Positions 36,100 to 45,124 of a stretch of DNA of 64,000 bases are shown piece by piece. Below the pieces are notes generated by a model that made no database searches, was not told the DNA's origin, and worked only from the letters and a program-made list of their open reading frames with translations. Both the position numbers and the translations under genes were made by a program. The stretch is from Paracoccaceae bacterium. Lineage in GTDB: Bacteria > Pseudomonadota > Alphaproteobacteria > Rhodobacterales > Rhodobacteraceae. Each line of letters starts with the position of its first letter. Position 1 is the stretch's first letter. Location: assembly GCA_902525915.1 (NCBI GenBank), contig CABZJF010000005.1:25713-89712 (forward strand). The letters are read 5' to 3'.

Positions 36100-36837
36100 T
36101 TAGCCTACTGGTTTGGGCTCAGCCAATCCTCCTAGAAGTCCAATAGCCTTTTCCTTTGCAGACTTTTTAATTTTGTGAACGGGCGGGTACCTAGTGCTTG
36201 CTTCAATTATGATTATCCCACCAGCCAAAATAGGAAGGTATTTTCCAGATCTCTCAAAAAATTGACCGATTCTTTGTAAACTTTTTCTGTGGGATGGAAG
36301 CTGATACAAAGCCATTGTATGTTTCTCCGGTATGAATGACTGTGATCTCAATTGCGCCTCTAGTTGTCCAATTGAATAAGGCCTACCGTATCCAAAAGGC
36401 GTTTTATCACTTCGAGACCAAAGTCCTGCACGGTTGGGAACAATGAATAATGCTTTACCACCCGGGCCGAGCACCCGCAGGGCTTCGTCAAGCATCATTG
36501 ATGGATACTCTGATGTCTCTAAACCATGCATAATGATCAAGCGATCAGCAAACCCTGTATCAATTGGCCATTGATGTTCATGAGTTAGAACTGACTGATT
36601 TGGATGCCCGAGCGGCCAATGTAAAGCGCCCTGCGGTCCAGGCATTAGCGAAATAATTTTTCTGGAGTGATCATAAAAGTGCCGCAAAATAGGATTTGCA
36701 AAGCCATATCCCAACATTTTATAGCCTGACTCAACAGACCACATCTTGACAACTTCTTGACTAATTTCTTTTTGAGCAGCTCTGCCTAATGCTGATCGAT
36801 AATAAAAATTTTTTAAGTCTTGAACATCAAGGTGCAT
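36100..36837 (-). CDS. Class I SAM-dependent methyltransferase-like protein (YafS-like)
   Basis: LGYGFA.P, MPGPQG...WP, HGLE, RVLGPGG, TPFGYGRPYS; divergent from gloB. Confidence 0.82.
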   Translation of the reverse strand: MHLDVQDLKNFYYRSALGRAAQKEISQEVVKMWSVESGYKMLGYGFANPILRHFYDHSRKIISLMPGPQGALHWPLGHPNQSVLTHEHQWPIDTGFADRLIIMHGLETSEYPSMMLDEALRVLGPGGKALFIVPNRAGLWSRSDKTPFGYGRPYSIGQLEAQLRSQSFIPEKHTMALYQLPSHRKSLQRIGQFFERSGKYLPILAGGIIIIEASTRYPPVHKIKKSAKEKAIGLLGGLAEPKPVG

Positions 36838-36898
36838 TGCATAAAACTCTCATTTGGGACAGCATAAATATACGTTAAACATTTTTTGGTGGCACGTC

Positions 36899-37666
36899 AT
36901 GTCTTTTGAACTTTTAACAATACCCTGTTTATCAGATAACTACGCTTTTTTGGCCCATGATCCTGACACTAAGGCTACTTTGCTAATCGATGCGCCAGAA
37001 CCTGATCCTATATTGCTAAAACTTCAAGAAAAAAACTGGGACTTAACTCACGTGATTATAACGCATCATCATTGGGATCATGTGGACGGCTTATCTAAAT
37101 TACTTGAATATTTTTCGCCGCAAGTAATAGGGTCTTCATCAGACGTCAATCGCTTACCACCTCTTCACTTATCAGTCGCAGAAAATGATAAAATAAAAAT
37201 TGGAAATAAGGTTGGTAAAGTATTTGAGGTCTCAGGGCACACAATTGGACATATCGCAGTCTATTTTGAAGAGAGCAAATTGCTGTTTACTGCTGATAGT
37301 TTAATGGCTCTGGGGTGTGGTAGATTATTTGAGGGAACCGCTGGTCAAATGTGGCAGTCACTTAAAAAGCTGTCAAACTTACCAGATAAAACAGTTGTAT
37401 GTTCCGGTCATGAATACACCGAAACAAACGCTAATTTCGCCTTAACAATCGATCCTCATAACCAAGATTTAATACGTAGGTGTAAAGATATTAAGAAGCT
37501 TAGATCAAACGGCACACCAACCGTTCCCAGCAATTTGGGTGAAGAACGAAAGACCAATCCATTCCTGCGTCCGTGGAGCAAAAACATCAGAGCTAATTTA
37601 GACATGATTGATGCCACAGATGATGAAGTATTCGCAAAAATTAGAGCGCTCAAAGATGCTTATTAG
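36899..37666 (+). CDS. gloB: Hydroxyacylglutathione hydrolase (glyoxalase II), start ATG 36899
   Basis: DNY, THHHWDH, GHT.GH, GCGRLFEG, CSGHEYT, TNPFLR. Confidence 0.95.
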   Translation: MSFELLTIPCLSDNYAFLAHDPDTKATLLIDAPEPDPILLKLQEKNWDLTHVIITHHHWDHVDGLSKLLEYFSPQVIGSSSDVNRLPPLHLSVAENDKIKIGNKVGKVFEVSGHTIGHIAVYFEESKLLFTADSLMALGCGRLFEGTAGQMWQSLKKLSNLPDKTVVCSGHEYTETNANFALTIDPHNQDLIRRCKDIKKLRSNGTPTVPSNLGEERKTNPFLRPWSKNIRANLDMIDATDDEVFAKIRALKDAY

Positions 37667-37732
37667 CTAAAATCTTGAGATTTTACCGGGTAAAATAAAA
37701 ATTTTGGCACATAAATGGCATTATTGACTTGA

Positions 37733-37758
37733 ATAGTGTGAATTCTCACCCACACTAT
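37733..37758. promoter_or_regulatory. Inverted repeat in the clpA promoter region
   Basis: ATAGTGTG-N10-CACACTAT, overlapping the end of CTTGAA, 38 nt before the clpA GTG. Confidence 0.4.
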
Positions 37759-37796
37759 ATAGTATATTAAAAGTAAACGCCGAAAAGGATTTTAAC

Positions 37797-40124
37797 GTGC
37801 CTTCTTTTACAACAACGTTGGAGCATTCCATACACGCTTCATTAGCTTTAGCAAATTCTAAGTCGCACGAATTCGCCACTTTGGAACATTTACTTTTAAC
37901 CCTTATTGACGAGCCAGACGCGCAACGCGTGCTCAAAGCATGCGACGTTGATCTAGAAATATTACGCGAAGCTCTAGGTGATTTTATAGACGAAGAATTG
38001 TCATCTATGACAAAAGAAGACGAAAGTCTCGAGGCAACTCCAACAGCTGCCTTTCAACGAGTAATACAGCGTGCTGCGATCCATGTTCAATCATCAGGAC
38101 GAAGCGAAGTAACAGGTGCTAATGTTTTAGTAGCAATCTTTGCGGAGAGAGAGTCCAACGCTGCATACTTTTTACAAGAACAAGAAATGACCCGTTATGA
38201 TGCGGTAAATTTTATAGCGCACGGCGTGGCCAAAAATCCTGCTTTTGGAGAACAAAGATCAGTGCAAGGTTCCGATGAAGGCGGAGATGATTTTGCTACA
38301 TCTGGAGCCGAGTCTGAAACAGAAAAAAAAGAAAGTGCACTGGCAAAATATTGCGTTGATTTAAATGCAAAGGCAATGGACGGGGATATTGATCCTCTAA
38401 TAGGTAGGGATTTTGAGATAGAGCGGTGTGTTCAGGTTCTTTGTCGTCGAAGGAAAAATAATCCGCTGCTTGTGGGGGATCCGGGAGTCGGGAAGACGGC
38501 GATCGCAGAAGGGCTAGCACGAAAAATAATTTCGAAAGACACGCCAGAAGTTTTGAGTGAAACTACTATCTTTTCTTTAGATATGGGGGCATTGCTTGCC
38601 GGCACTCGCTACAGGGGCGACTTTGAAGAAAGATTGAAAGCAGTTATAACAGAGCTGGAAGACCATCCTGATGCAGTACTCTTCATTGACGAGATTCATA
38701 CAGTTATAGGAGCTGGTGCTACTTCAGGAGGAGCAATGGATGCTTCTAACTTGCTTAAACCCGCATTGCAAGGTGGCAAACTCCGGACTATGGGTTCTAC
38801 TACCTACAAAGAGTTTAGGCAGCATTTTGAAAAAGATAGGGCTCTTAGTAGGCGCTTTCAAAAAATTGATGTCAATGAACCGTCAGTTCCTGACACGATA
38901 AAAATACTTAGAGGAATAAAAAGTTATTTCGAAGAACACCACAACTTAAAATATACTTCGGATGCAATAAAAACAGCTGTTGAGTTGTCCGATCGCTACA
39001 TCACAGACAGAAAGTTACCAGACAAAGCAATTGACGTAATAGATGAAGCAGGGGCGGCACAGCATCTACAGAACAGCAAACGACGCAAAACTATTGGTGT
39101 CAAAGAGATCGAAGAAGTCGTGGCAAAAATCGCGAGAATTCCACCCAAGAATGTTTCCAAAGACGACACCCTTGTTTTGAAAGACCTTGAGAAAAACCTA
39201 AACCGAGTAGTATTTGGTCAGCACGAAGCTATAGAAGCACTATCAAGTGCAATCAAACTAGCCAGAGCCGGCTTGCGAGAACCAGATAAACCGATCGGCA
39301 ATTACCTGTTTGCAGGCCCAACTGGAGTTGGCAAAACAGAAGTTGCGAAGCAACTAGCTGATACTTTGGGCGTAGAATTGCACAGGTTTGATATGTCTGA
39401 GTATATGGAAAAACATGCTGTTAGCAGACTAATAGGTGCACCCCCAGGTTATGTAGGGTTTGATCAAGGTGGGCTGTTAACTGATACGGTTGACCAACAC
39501 CCGCACTGTGTTTTGCTTCTAGATGAAATAGAAAAAGCGCACCCAGACGTTTTCAATATCCTTTTACAAGTTATGGACCATGGCACACTAACCGATCATA
39601 ATGGCAGATCTGTCGATTTTAGAAATGTCATCCTTATAATGACATCAAATGCTGGTGCTACTGAGCAAGCCAAAGCGGCAATTGGATTTGGACGTGACAG
39701 GAGAGAAGGAGAGGATACGGCTGCAATTGAGCGTACCTTTACACCAGAATTCAGAAATCGTTTAGATGCCACAATTAGTTTTGGCCCACTGCCAAAGAAA
39801 GTCATACTGCAAGTTGTCGAAAAGTTTGTACTTCAATTAGAAGTACAACTAATGGATCGGAACGTTTCAATCGAGTTATCAAAAGCGGCTGCAGAGTGGT
39901 TAGCCAATAAAGGCTATGATGACAAGATGGGGGCTCGACCGCTAGCTCGTGTGATACAGGAGCATATTAAAAAGCCTCTTGCAGAAGAACTTCTTTTTGG
40001 AAAATTGTCTAAAGGTGGCCTTGTGAAGGTCGGTGTTAAGGGTGATAAAATTGATCTTGAACTTAAACCGCCTCAAAAGGCCCGTATTACGAAAACAAAA
40101 CCTAGGTTACTGCCTGCAAATTGA
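37797..40124 (+). CDS. clpA: ATP-dependent Clp protease ATP-binding subunit ClpA
   Basis: Two AAA+ modules (GDPGVGKT, GPTGVGKT), PTAAFQRVIQRA, IGF loop. Confidence 0.97.
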   Translation: MPSFTTTLEHSIHASLALANSKSHEFATLEHLLLTLIDEPDAQRVLKACDVDLEILREALGDFIDEELSSMTKEDESLEATPTAAFQRVIQRAAIHVQSSGRSEVTGANVLVAIFAERESNAAYFLQEQEMTRYDAVNFIAHGVAKNPAFGEQRSVQGSDEGGDDFATSGAESETEKKESALAKYCVDLNAKAMDGDIDPLIGRDFEIERCVQVLCRRRKNNPLLVGDPGVGKTAIAEGLARKIISKDTPEVLSETTIFSLDMGALLAGTRYRGDFEERLKAVITELEDHPDAVLFIDEIHTVIGAGATSGGAMDASNLLKPALQGGKLRTMGSTTYKEFRQHFEKDRALSRRFQKIDVNEPSVPDTIKILRGIKSYFEEHHNLKYTSDAIKTAVELSDRYITDRKLPDKAIDVIDEAGAAQHLQNSKRRKTIGVKEIEEVVAKIARIPPKNVSKDDTLVLKDLEKNLNRVVFGQHEAIEALSSAIKLARAGLREPDKPIGNYLFAGPTGVGKTEVAKQLADTLGVELHRFDMSEYMEKHAVSRLIGAPPGYVGFDQGGLLTDTVDQHPHCVLLLDEIEKAHPDVFNILLQVMDHGTLTDHNGRSVDFRNVILIMTSNAGATEQAKAAIGFGRDRREGEDTAAIERTFTPEFRNRLDATISFGPLPKKVILQVVEKFVLQLEVQLMDRNVSIELSKAAAEWLANKGYDDKMGARPLARVIQEHIKKPLAEELLFGKLSKGGLVKVGVKGDKIDLELKPPQKARITKTKPRLLPAN

Positions 40125-40149
40125 TTTTTAGGTTAGTTGTATTTACTAA

Positions 40150-42426
40150 TCATTTTTCAGTAAGCTTGATCTCAATTCTACGGTTTTGAGCCCTTTCTTC
40201 TGGCGAAGATCCAGATGTGACCGGTTGGAATTCTCCAAAACCAGTTGCGGCCAATCGATCTTTTGGGAATCCCAGATCAGAAATCATAAAACGTACTACT
40301 GAGAGAGCCCTTGCTTGGCTGAGCTCCCAATTATCTTTGAATTCCGCACCTGAAACCATGGAAGTATTATCCGTATGACCATCAACTCTTATTATCCAAT
40401 TTAAATTCTTTGGAAGTTCTTTTACTACTTGATTTAAAATCACGGCCACTTTTTGGATTTCTAATCGACCCGGCATAGATAAATCGGCCTTCCCAACGTC
40501 AAATAAAACCTCAGATGAGAAAACAAATCTATCGCCTACAATTTTTATACCCTCCTTACCTTCCACTAATTCTCTTATTCTCCCAAAAAAATCAGACTTA
40601 TATCGTTCCAATTGAGTTGCCTGAGATTGGAGGCGCTCACGCTCTGCTTGCAATCTATTAAACTCGGCAACTTCCAGCTTTATTCGCTTATCTTCTTCGA
40701 CTTGGGCTTTTGTTTCCGCACGTTCCAAATCTGTTTTGGAGGCAATTAACTGTGAATTAAGGATCGTAATTTCATTTAATTTAGCTTCAATCTCTAGTCT
40801 CAAGGTTTGTTCCAGTTGCCTTTTCTTTCTTTCCTCCGACGCAACGCGGGCTAGTGCAGCGTTAAGCCTGTTGCCCAAGTTTTGGAGTTGAATTTCATCT
40901 TCCCTATCTTTTTCTTCAGATAGGGTTAAAATTGATTGTAGCGAACTCAGCTGACGACGAAGCTCTAATACTTGCTGGTTCAAAAGTGCCTTCTCTCGTT
41001 GGCTTTTTAAAAGGCTATCAGAACTTTCAGATAATTGTTCAGACCGTTCTCGCAACTGCTGTTGGGCCTTTTGCAACAAAATTTCTTTTTTCTTTAAATT
41101 TGAGGTGTTTTCTGCATTTAATTTTTCAGAAACAAGCTTAGCTGCGAGGACATTTTTAAGATTTTCTAGTGCCTCTTTCTGAGACTGAACGGCGGCCCAT
41201 CGAGCCGCTAGCGCATCTGCTAATTTTGAACGAAGATCCATAATGTCTTGTGCGCTATCGTCCTCAAAGGTTTGACGACTCAGTTTTTCTTGCTCCAACG
41301 CCATTAATGCACTAGCCAAATCACTCTCAGCAATTGTTAATTTCTCACTGTAATCTTTAAATTGTGCTGTTTTCTCGTTAATATTTTGACTTAAATTTGA
41401 CAGCTCCAACTCTAATCTCTGCTGCCTTGCTAACGATGCAGCAAGTGCAATTTTGGTCTCATCTAACTCAGCATCACTACTCTGAATATCTTCCTGTAGA
41501 GATTTAAGTTCCGTTTCACTATTTCCAATTGTTAGATTAGCAGCCTCTAAAGCGATGATAGTTTGCCTGAGATTGTCTTCGATTTCTAATTTAGCTGCAT
41601 CTGCAGCTGCCAACAGCGTAAGGGTGTCCTCTGCACGTTTTCTTTCTTCCTCCAAAATCAAAGTCATTGCTGTAAGCTCAGTATCGGCTTCTTCAAGCCT
41701 CTTCCTAAGTTCAGCGGCAGCGGCAGCTTCAATTAGTTTGGCAGCTTCTTCATCATCAAGGGCTATTTTTAAATCCTGAATCTCACTAGCTTGCAATTCT
41801 ATAGTTTTGTTTGCATCACTTTTTTCGGTCTCTAGTGACCTAATTAGAGCCTCTAATGCTTCTCTCTCCGCGGCTTTCAATCTCGCTTCTTGCTCTGCCA
41901 AGTCTATTTCATCACGTGCTTGAGACAAGGTCAAAGCAAGTGCTTCTTGCTGATCCAACAAAGATTTGCGTTCAGTTTCCAATTGATCAATCTGGGTTCT
42001 AGACGCAGCTTGCGCTGCTAATAAATTTGCTACCTGGACCTCAAACTGAGTGATTTGAGTTAGCGCATCATCTAAAGCTACTTTACTTTCATTGTTTTGA
42101 AGCCTCAGGCTTTCTATTAACAGGCTTTTCTGCTCGTTTTCTGCGTCTCTGTCATTTAGTGTACTTGTTAAAATTCCCAAGTCACTTTCAAGTTTGACTA
42201 CTTTAGATTTTTCAAGGCCTAAGGCCTCCGAAATAGCAACAATTTCCGCAGCAAGGGCATCAAGTTCGCTTTCTTGCCCAGTGATAGTTTCTCTTAGAAC
42301 AAATTGGATGACCATGAAAATGGTTAATACAAACATCAATACGAGCAATAAACCGGTCATTGCATCCACAAAACCAGGCCAAATGGATGCCTGAAATCGT
42401 TGACCTGTGCGTCTCGATAGAGCCAT
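40150..42426 (-). CDS. MotB/OmpA-like peptidoglycan-binding protein with very long coiled coil
   Basis: TM segment WPGFVDAMTGLLLVLMFVLTIF; ~570-aa A/E/L/Q/K-rich helix; C-terminal VDGHTD, NWELSQARA, GFGEFQP, NRRIEI. Confidence 0.9.
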   Translation of the reverse strand: MALSRRTGQRFQASIWPGFVDAMTGLLLVLMFVLTIFMVIQFVLRETITGQESELDALAAEIVAISEALGLEKSKVVKLESDLGILTSTLNDRDAENEQKSLLIESLRLQNNESKVALDDALTQITQFEVQVANLLAAQAASRTQIDQLETERKSLLDQQEALALTLSQARDEIDLAEQEARLKAAEREALEALIRSLETEKSDANKTIELQASEIQDLKIALDDEEAAKLIEAAAAAELRKRLEEADTELTAMTLILEEERKRAEDTLTLLAAADAAKLEIEDNLRQTIIALEAANLTIGNSETELKSLQEDIQSSDAELDETKIALAASLARQQRLELELSNLSQNINEKTAQFKDYSEKLTIAESDLASALMALEQEKLSRQTFEDDSAQDIMDLRSKLADALAARWAAVQSQKEALENLKNVLAAKLVSEKLNAENTSNLKKKEILLQKAQQQLRERSEQLSESSDSLLKSQREKALLNQQVLELRRQLSSLQSILTLSEEKDREDEIQLQNLGNRLNAALARVASEERKKRQLEQTLRLEIEAKLNEITILNSQLIASKTDLERAETKAQVEEDKRIKLEVAEFNRLQAERERLQSQATQLERYKSDFFGRIRELVEGKEGIKIVGDRFVFSSEVLFDVGKADLSMPGRLEIQKVAVILNQVVKELPKNLNWIIRVDGHTDNTSMVSGAEFKDNWELSQARALSVVRFMISDLGFPKDRLAATGFGEFQPVTSGSSPEERAQNRRIEIKLTEK

Positions 42427-42428
42427 GT

Positions 42429-43601
42429 TTATGTTTTCCGATCAGAACTCTTAGCACTAGTTGATTGCAAACTATCTGCTAAATTAGCTATTTCTTCTCT
42501 GATAGCTTTGATAGCTTCCTGCCTTCCAACGGCTATTTCCTCTGATATGTGAAGCATTTGAACATCGATTGATCTTAGTCTCATCCTAGTTTCAGCATCA
42601 ATCCCACCCTCAACCGACTCTTTTGACTTAAGAAAATCTAATAATTGTTTCTGTGATTTAGTAAAATTATCGATCAAATTCTCCAAATTAGACTTATTCT
42701 CGTCCATAACTTTAACAAATTTATCTTGTAGAATCGCAAACTCGCGCTCGGTTGGTGCCATAGTGGATTGATCTTTATTTAAGAAACGCTCCATCAATTC
42801 GATTTGATCCCCTAAACGCTCGAAGATACCTAGGAGAATCGTGTTGTCTGTTGAAGAATTGCCTTCGTCTACTGTCACATTGAAACTAGTAATTGTTGAA
42901 AGCCATTCTTCAAGTTCACGATAAAATCTATTCTGCGCTTGACCTGCAAACAGTTCTAACAATCCAACTACTAAAGATCCTGCAAGCCCCAATAAAGAAG
43001 AAGCAAAAGCAACCCCCATTCCGCTTAACTGTCCCTCAAGGCCACTCATCAATCTAGTAAAAACCTCAAAGCCTGTCTCACCCTCTTGAGGAGCTAGCGA
43101 TCTTATTGTTTCTACAAGTACTGGCACCGTTGTTGCCAAACCGTAGAATGTTCCCAATAGTCCCAGAAAAATCAACAAATTGACAATATAGCGAGTTATT
43201 TCTCGAGCCTCTTCGACTCGAGTAGAGACAGATTCAAGAATTGACTGCGATGAAGAAGCCGAGATTTGGATACTTGCTCCACGCGACCTTAACAAGGTTG
43301 CCAATGGAGCCAATAGCTGGGGTGCCTTTGCAGAACCCTTATCTGGCTTATTTACGAACCCCTCTATCCAACGAACAGACTTAATTAACTGAACAACCTG
43401 AACAAAGCAGCTTATTACACCAACAAAAAAGACAAAAAGGATAAAGCCGTTCAACCACAAATTAGCTGTAAATACCGCCAATACTCTCGGCGCCGCTACA
43501 ACTGTTCCTGCACTGGTAAGCGCTAGAACGCTGAGCATCAGCAAAACTTGACGTATTGGCTGAGAAAAATATAGCTCGACCTCTCGTTCTGATTTTACCA
43601 T
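42429..43601 (-). CDS. MotA/TolQ/ExbB-like proton-channel protein
   Basis: Four hydrophobic segments; LGLLGTFYGL and GMGVAFASSLLGL channel motifs; helical C-terminal tail. Confidence 0.87.
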   Translation of the reverse strand: MVKSEREVELYFSQPIRQVLLMLSVLALTSAGTVVAAPRVLAVFTANLWLNGFILFVFFVGVISCFVQVVQLIKSVRWIEGFVNKPDKGSAKAPQLLAPLATLLRSRGASIQISASSSQSILESVSTRVEEAREITRYIVNLLIFLGLLGTFYGLATTVPVLVETIRSLAPQEGETGFEVFTRLMSGLEGQLSGMGVAFASSLLGLAGSLVVGLLELFAGQAQNRFYRELEEWLSTITSFNVTVDEGNSSTDNTILLGIFERLGDQIELMERFLNKDQSTMAPTEREFAILQDKFVKVMDENKSNLENLIDNFTKSQKQLLDFLKSKESVEGGIDAETRMRLRSIDVQMLHISEEIAVGRQEAIKAIREEIANLADSLQSTSAKSSDRKT

Positions 43602-43663
43602 AAAATAAGGCCTGTTTTAATTTTTCTTTAAGTCTAACTCTCTGTGAACAAAAGTGAAAGCTA

Positions 43664-44188
43664 TTAGCTCTTAATTTTCTTAACCTGTTGCACCAAATAG
43701 CGCAGATCAACGGAAGAAACTCCTAACTCTGTGAGTTTTTTTTCAGTACTAAACAGATATTCATCATTACGACCGCGCCCTCCTTCTGCCTCCGCGATAA
43801 TCTTTGCTTGCTCATCAAGCGTTAATTGACAGTACTGATCATGATCTTTTTTTATGACGAAAGTAATTGCTGTTACCAATTGTTTAGAAGTAGCTAACTC
43901 GACTTGAACTTCGGTTTCTTCATATGCCGATGACACTAGTTCTCTCTCTCGAAGATATAATAAAACTTGGGTATAGTTATCTGGGGATACCCTGAACACT
44001 ACCCCCTTACAGCTGTGACCATTACATTTTTCCAAAGCCAAAACCAAACCAGGCCTTTTGACAGTTCCTCTATGATGAATTGACCACATGGAAAAACTTC
44101 GCTTGTAATTTTTTATTTCTGCAAGCTCACTTGTTTGAAATTCAAAACCTGGATTCCAAATTAAAGATCCATAGCCAAAAACATACAT
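43664..44188 (-). CDS. chaC: ChaC-family gamma-glutamylcyclotransferase
   Basis: VFGYGSLIW.PGF, HRGT...PG.VL.L, YLRERE, G.N.EYL. Confidence 0.92.
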   Translation of the reverse strand: MYVFGYGSLIWNPGFEFQTSELAEIKNYKRSFSMWSIHHRGTVKRPGLVLALEKCNGHSCKGVVFRVSPDNYTQVLLYLRERELVSSAYEETEVQVELATSKQLVTAITFVIKKDHDQYCQLTLDEQAKIIAEAEGGRGRNDEYLFSTEKKLTELGVSSVDLRYLVQQVKKIKS

Positions 44189-44258
44189 TAGCCACCCCTG
44201 GTATTTGGTGATAACTCGCTTTAAAACAGAACTTCTTACGTTATACTAGGAGAGAATT

Positions 44259-44990
44259 TTGGCACGCATATTAATACCAATACTACTGATCACTATAAGT
44301 TGGAGTGGTTATTGGTTTTGGGGTGCCAACGATAACCTAGAAAATATTTATACAAGTTTAGAAAACCCTAAGAGCGGCTCAATAAACATAAAATATGGAT
44401 CAACTAGTCAGGTTGGTTTTCCAAATAGATACGACGTAACCGTGAATAATCTTTCAATTGAGAACCCCAATGGCAAACAAATTGCAATGTTTCCATTTAT
44501 TCAAGTTATACGGCTGATTTATAATAAAATGCACCAAATAATTATTTTCCCAAATGAATTATCTATCTATAATTTTAATATTAAATGGGAAAATGCAAAG
44601 GCCTCTATAGTAAAGGACACTTTTGAAGACAGATTGATAATTGAAGCCGAAAATCTTATGATTAATGACGAAAAAGAATTTCGCTTCCAGGCAAAAAAAC
44701 TCCAAATATCGCTTTTGTATGAGAAATTTTTTAATGCAAAACCTGAGATTATTGTTGATTTTTCAGGAATAGAAACTGAACAGCAAAACATCGAGTTCAA
44801 ACTTCAACTAAAGACTAATTTAAATTTTATTGATACTCCCACGCTGGACGTAGTCAATTTTTTAAATTCAATAAGTCAGCCCAAAACTTGGATCGAGCTA
44901 AGTAAAGAAGATTACAAAATCGATGAAAGCTTTTCCATCGGAAATCAAGAGTTCCGTTTTTCAAGTCCTGCTTATCAATTATTTAAATAA
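44259..44990 (+). CDS. DUF2125-like membrane-anchored protein (divergent)
   Basis: RBS AGGAGA with TTG start; TM ending WSGYWF; GFPNRYD and PFIQ...L.Y...H.I..FP. Confidence 0.65.
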   Translation: MARILIPILLITISWSGYWFWGANDNLENIYTSLENPKSGSINIKYGSTSQVGFPNRYDVTVNNLSIENPNGKQIAMFPFIQVIRLIYNKMHQIIIFPNELSIYNFNIKWENAKASIVKDTFEDRLIIEAENLMINDEKEFRFQAKKLQISLLYEKFFNAKPEIIVDFSGIETEQQNIEFKLQLKTNLNFIDTPTLDVVNFLNSISQPKTWIELSKEDYKIDESFSIGNQEFRFSSPAYQLFK

Positions 44991-45124
44991 AAGTCTGAAG
45001 CTACACTGATATAACAAAGCATTAAGAAATTGGCTTAATTACTCCGAAATAATTGAAAAAATTTTTGGAGTTTTTTTTATTTTTGGGGATATAGTAAAGA
45101 CATGGGAGAAAAAGGGAGACTAAA

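Noticed and set aside
40150-43601. Calling the MotA/MotB-like pair a Zorya defence system or a flagellar stator
   Set aside because: No zorC/D/E or flagellar genes nearby, housekeeping context, and the long helix is on the B subunit rather than on A as in ZorA
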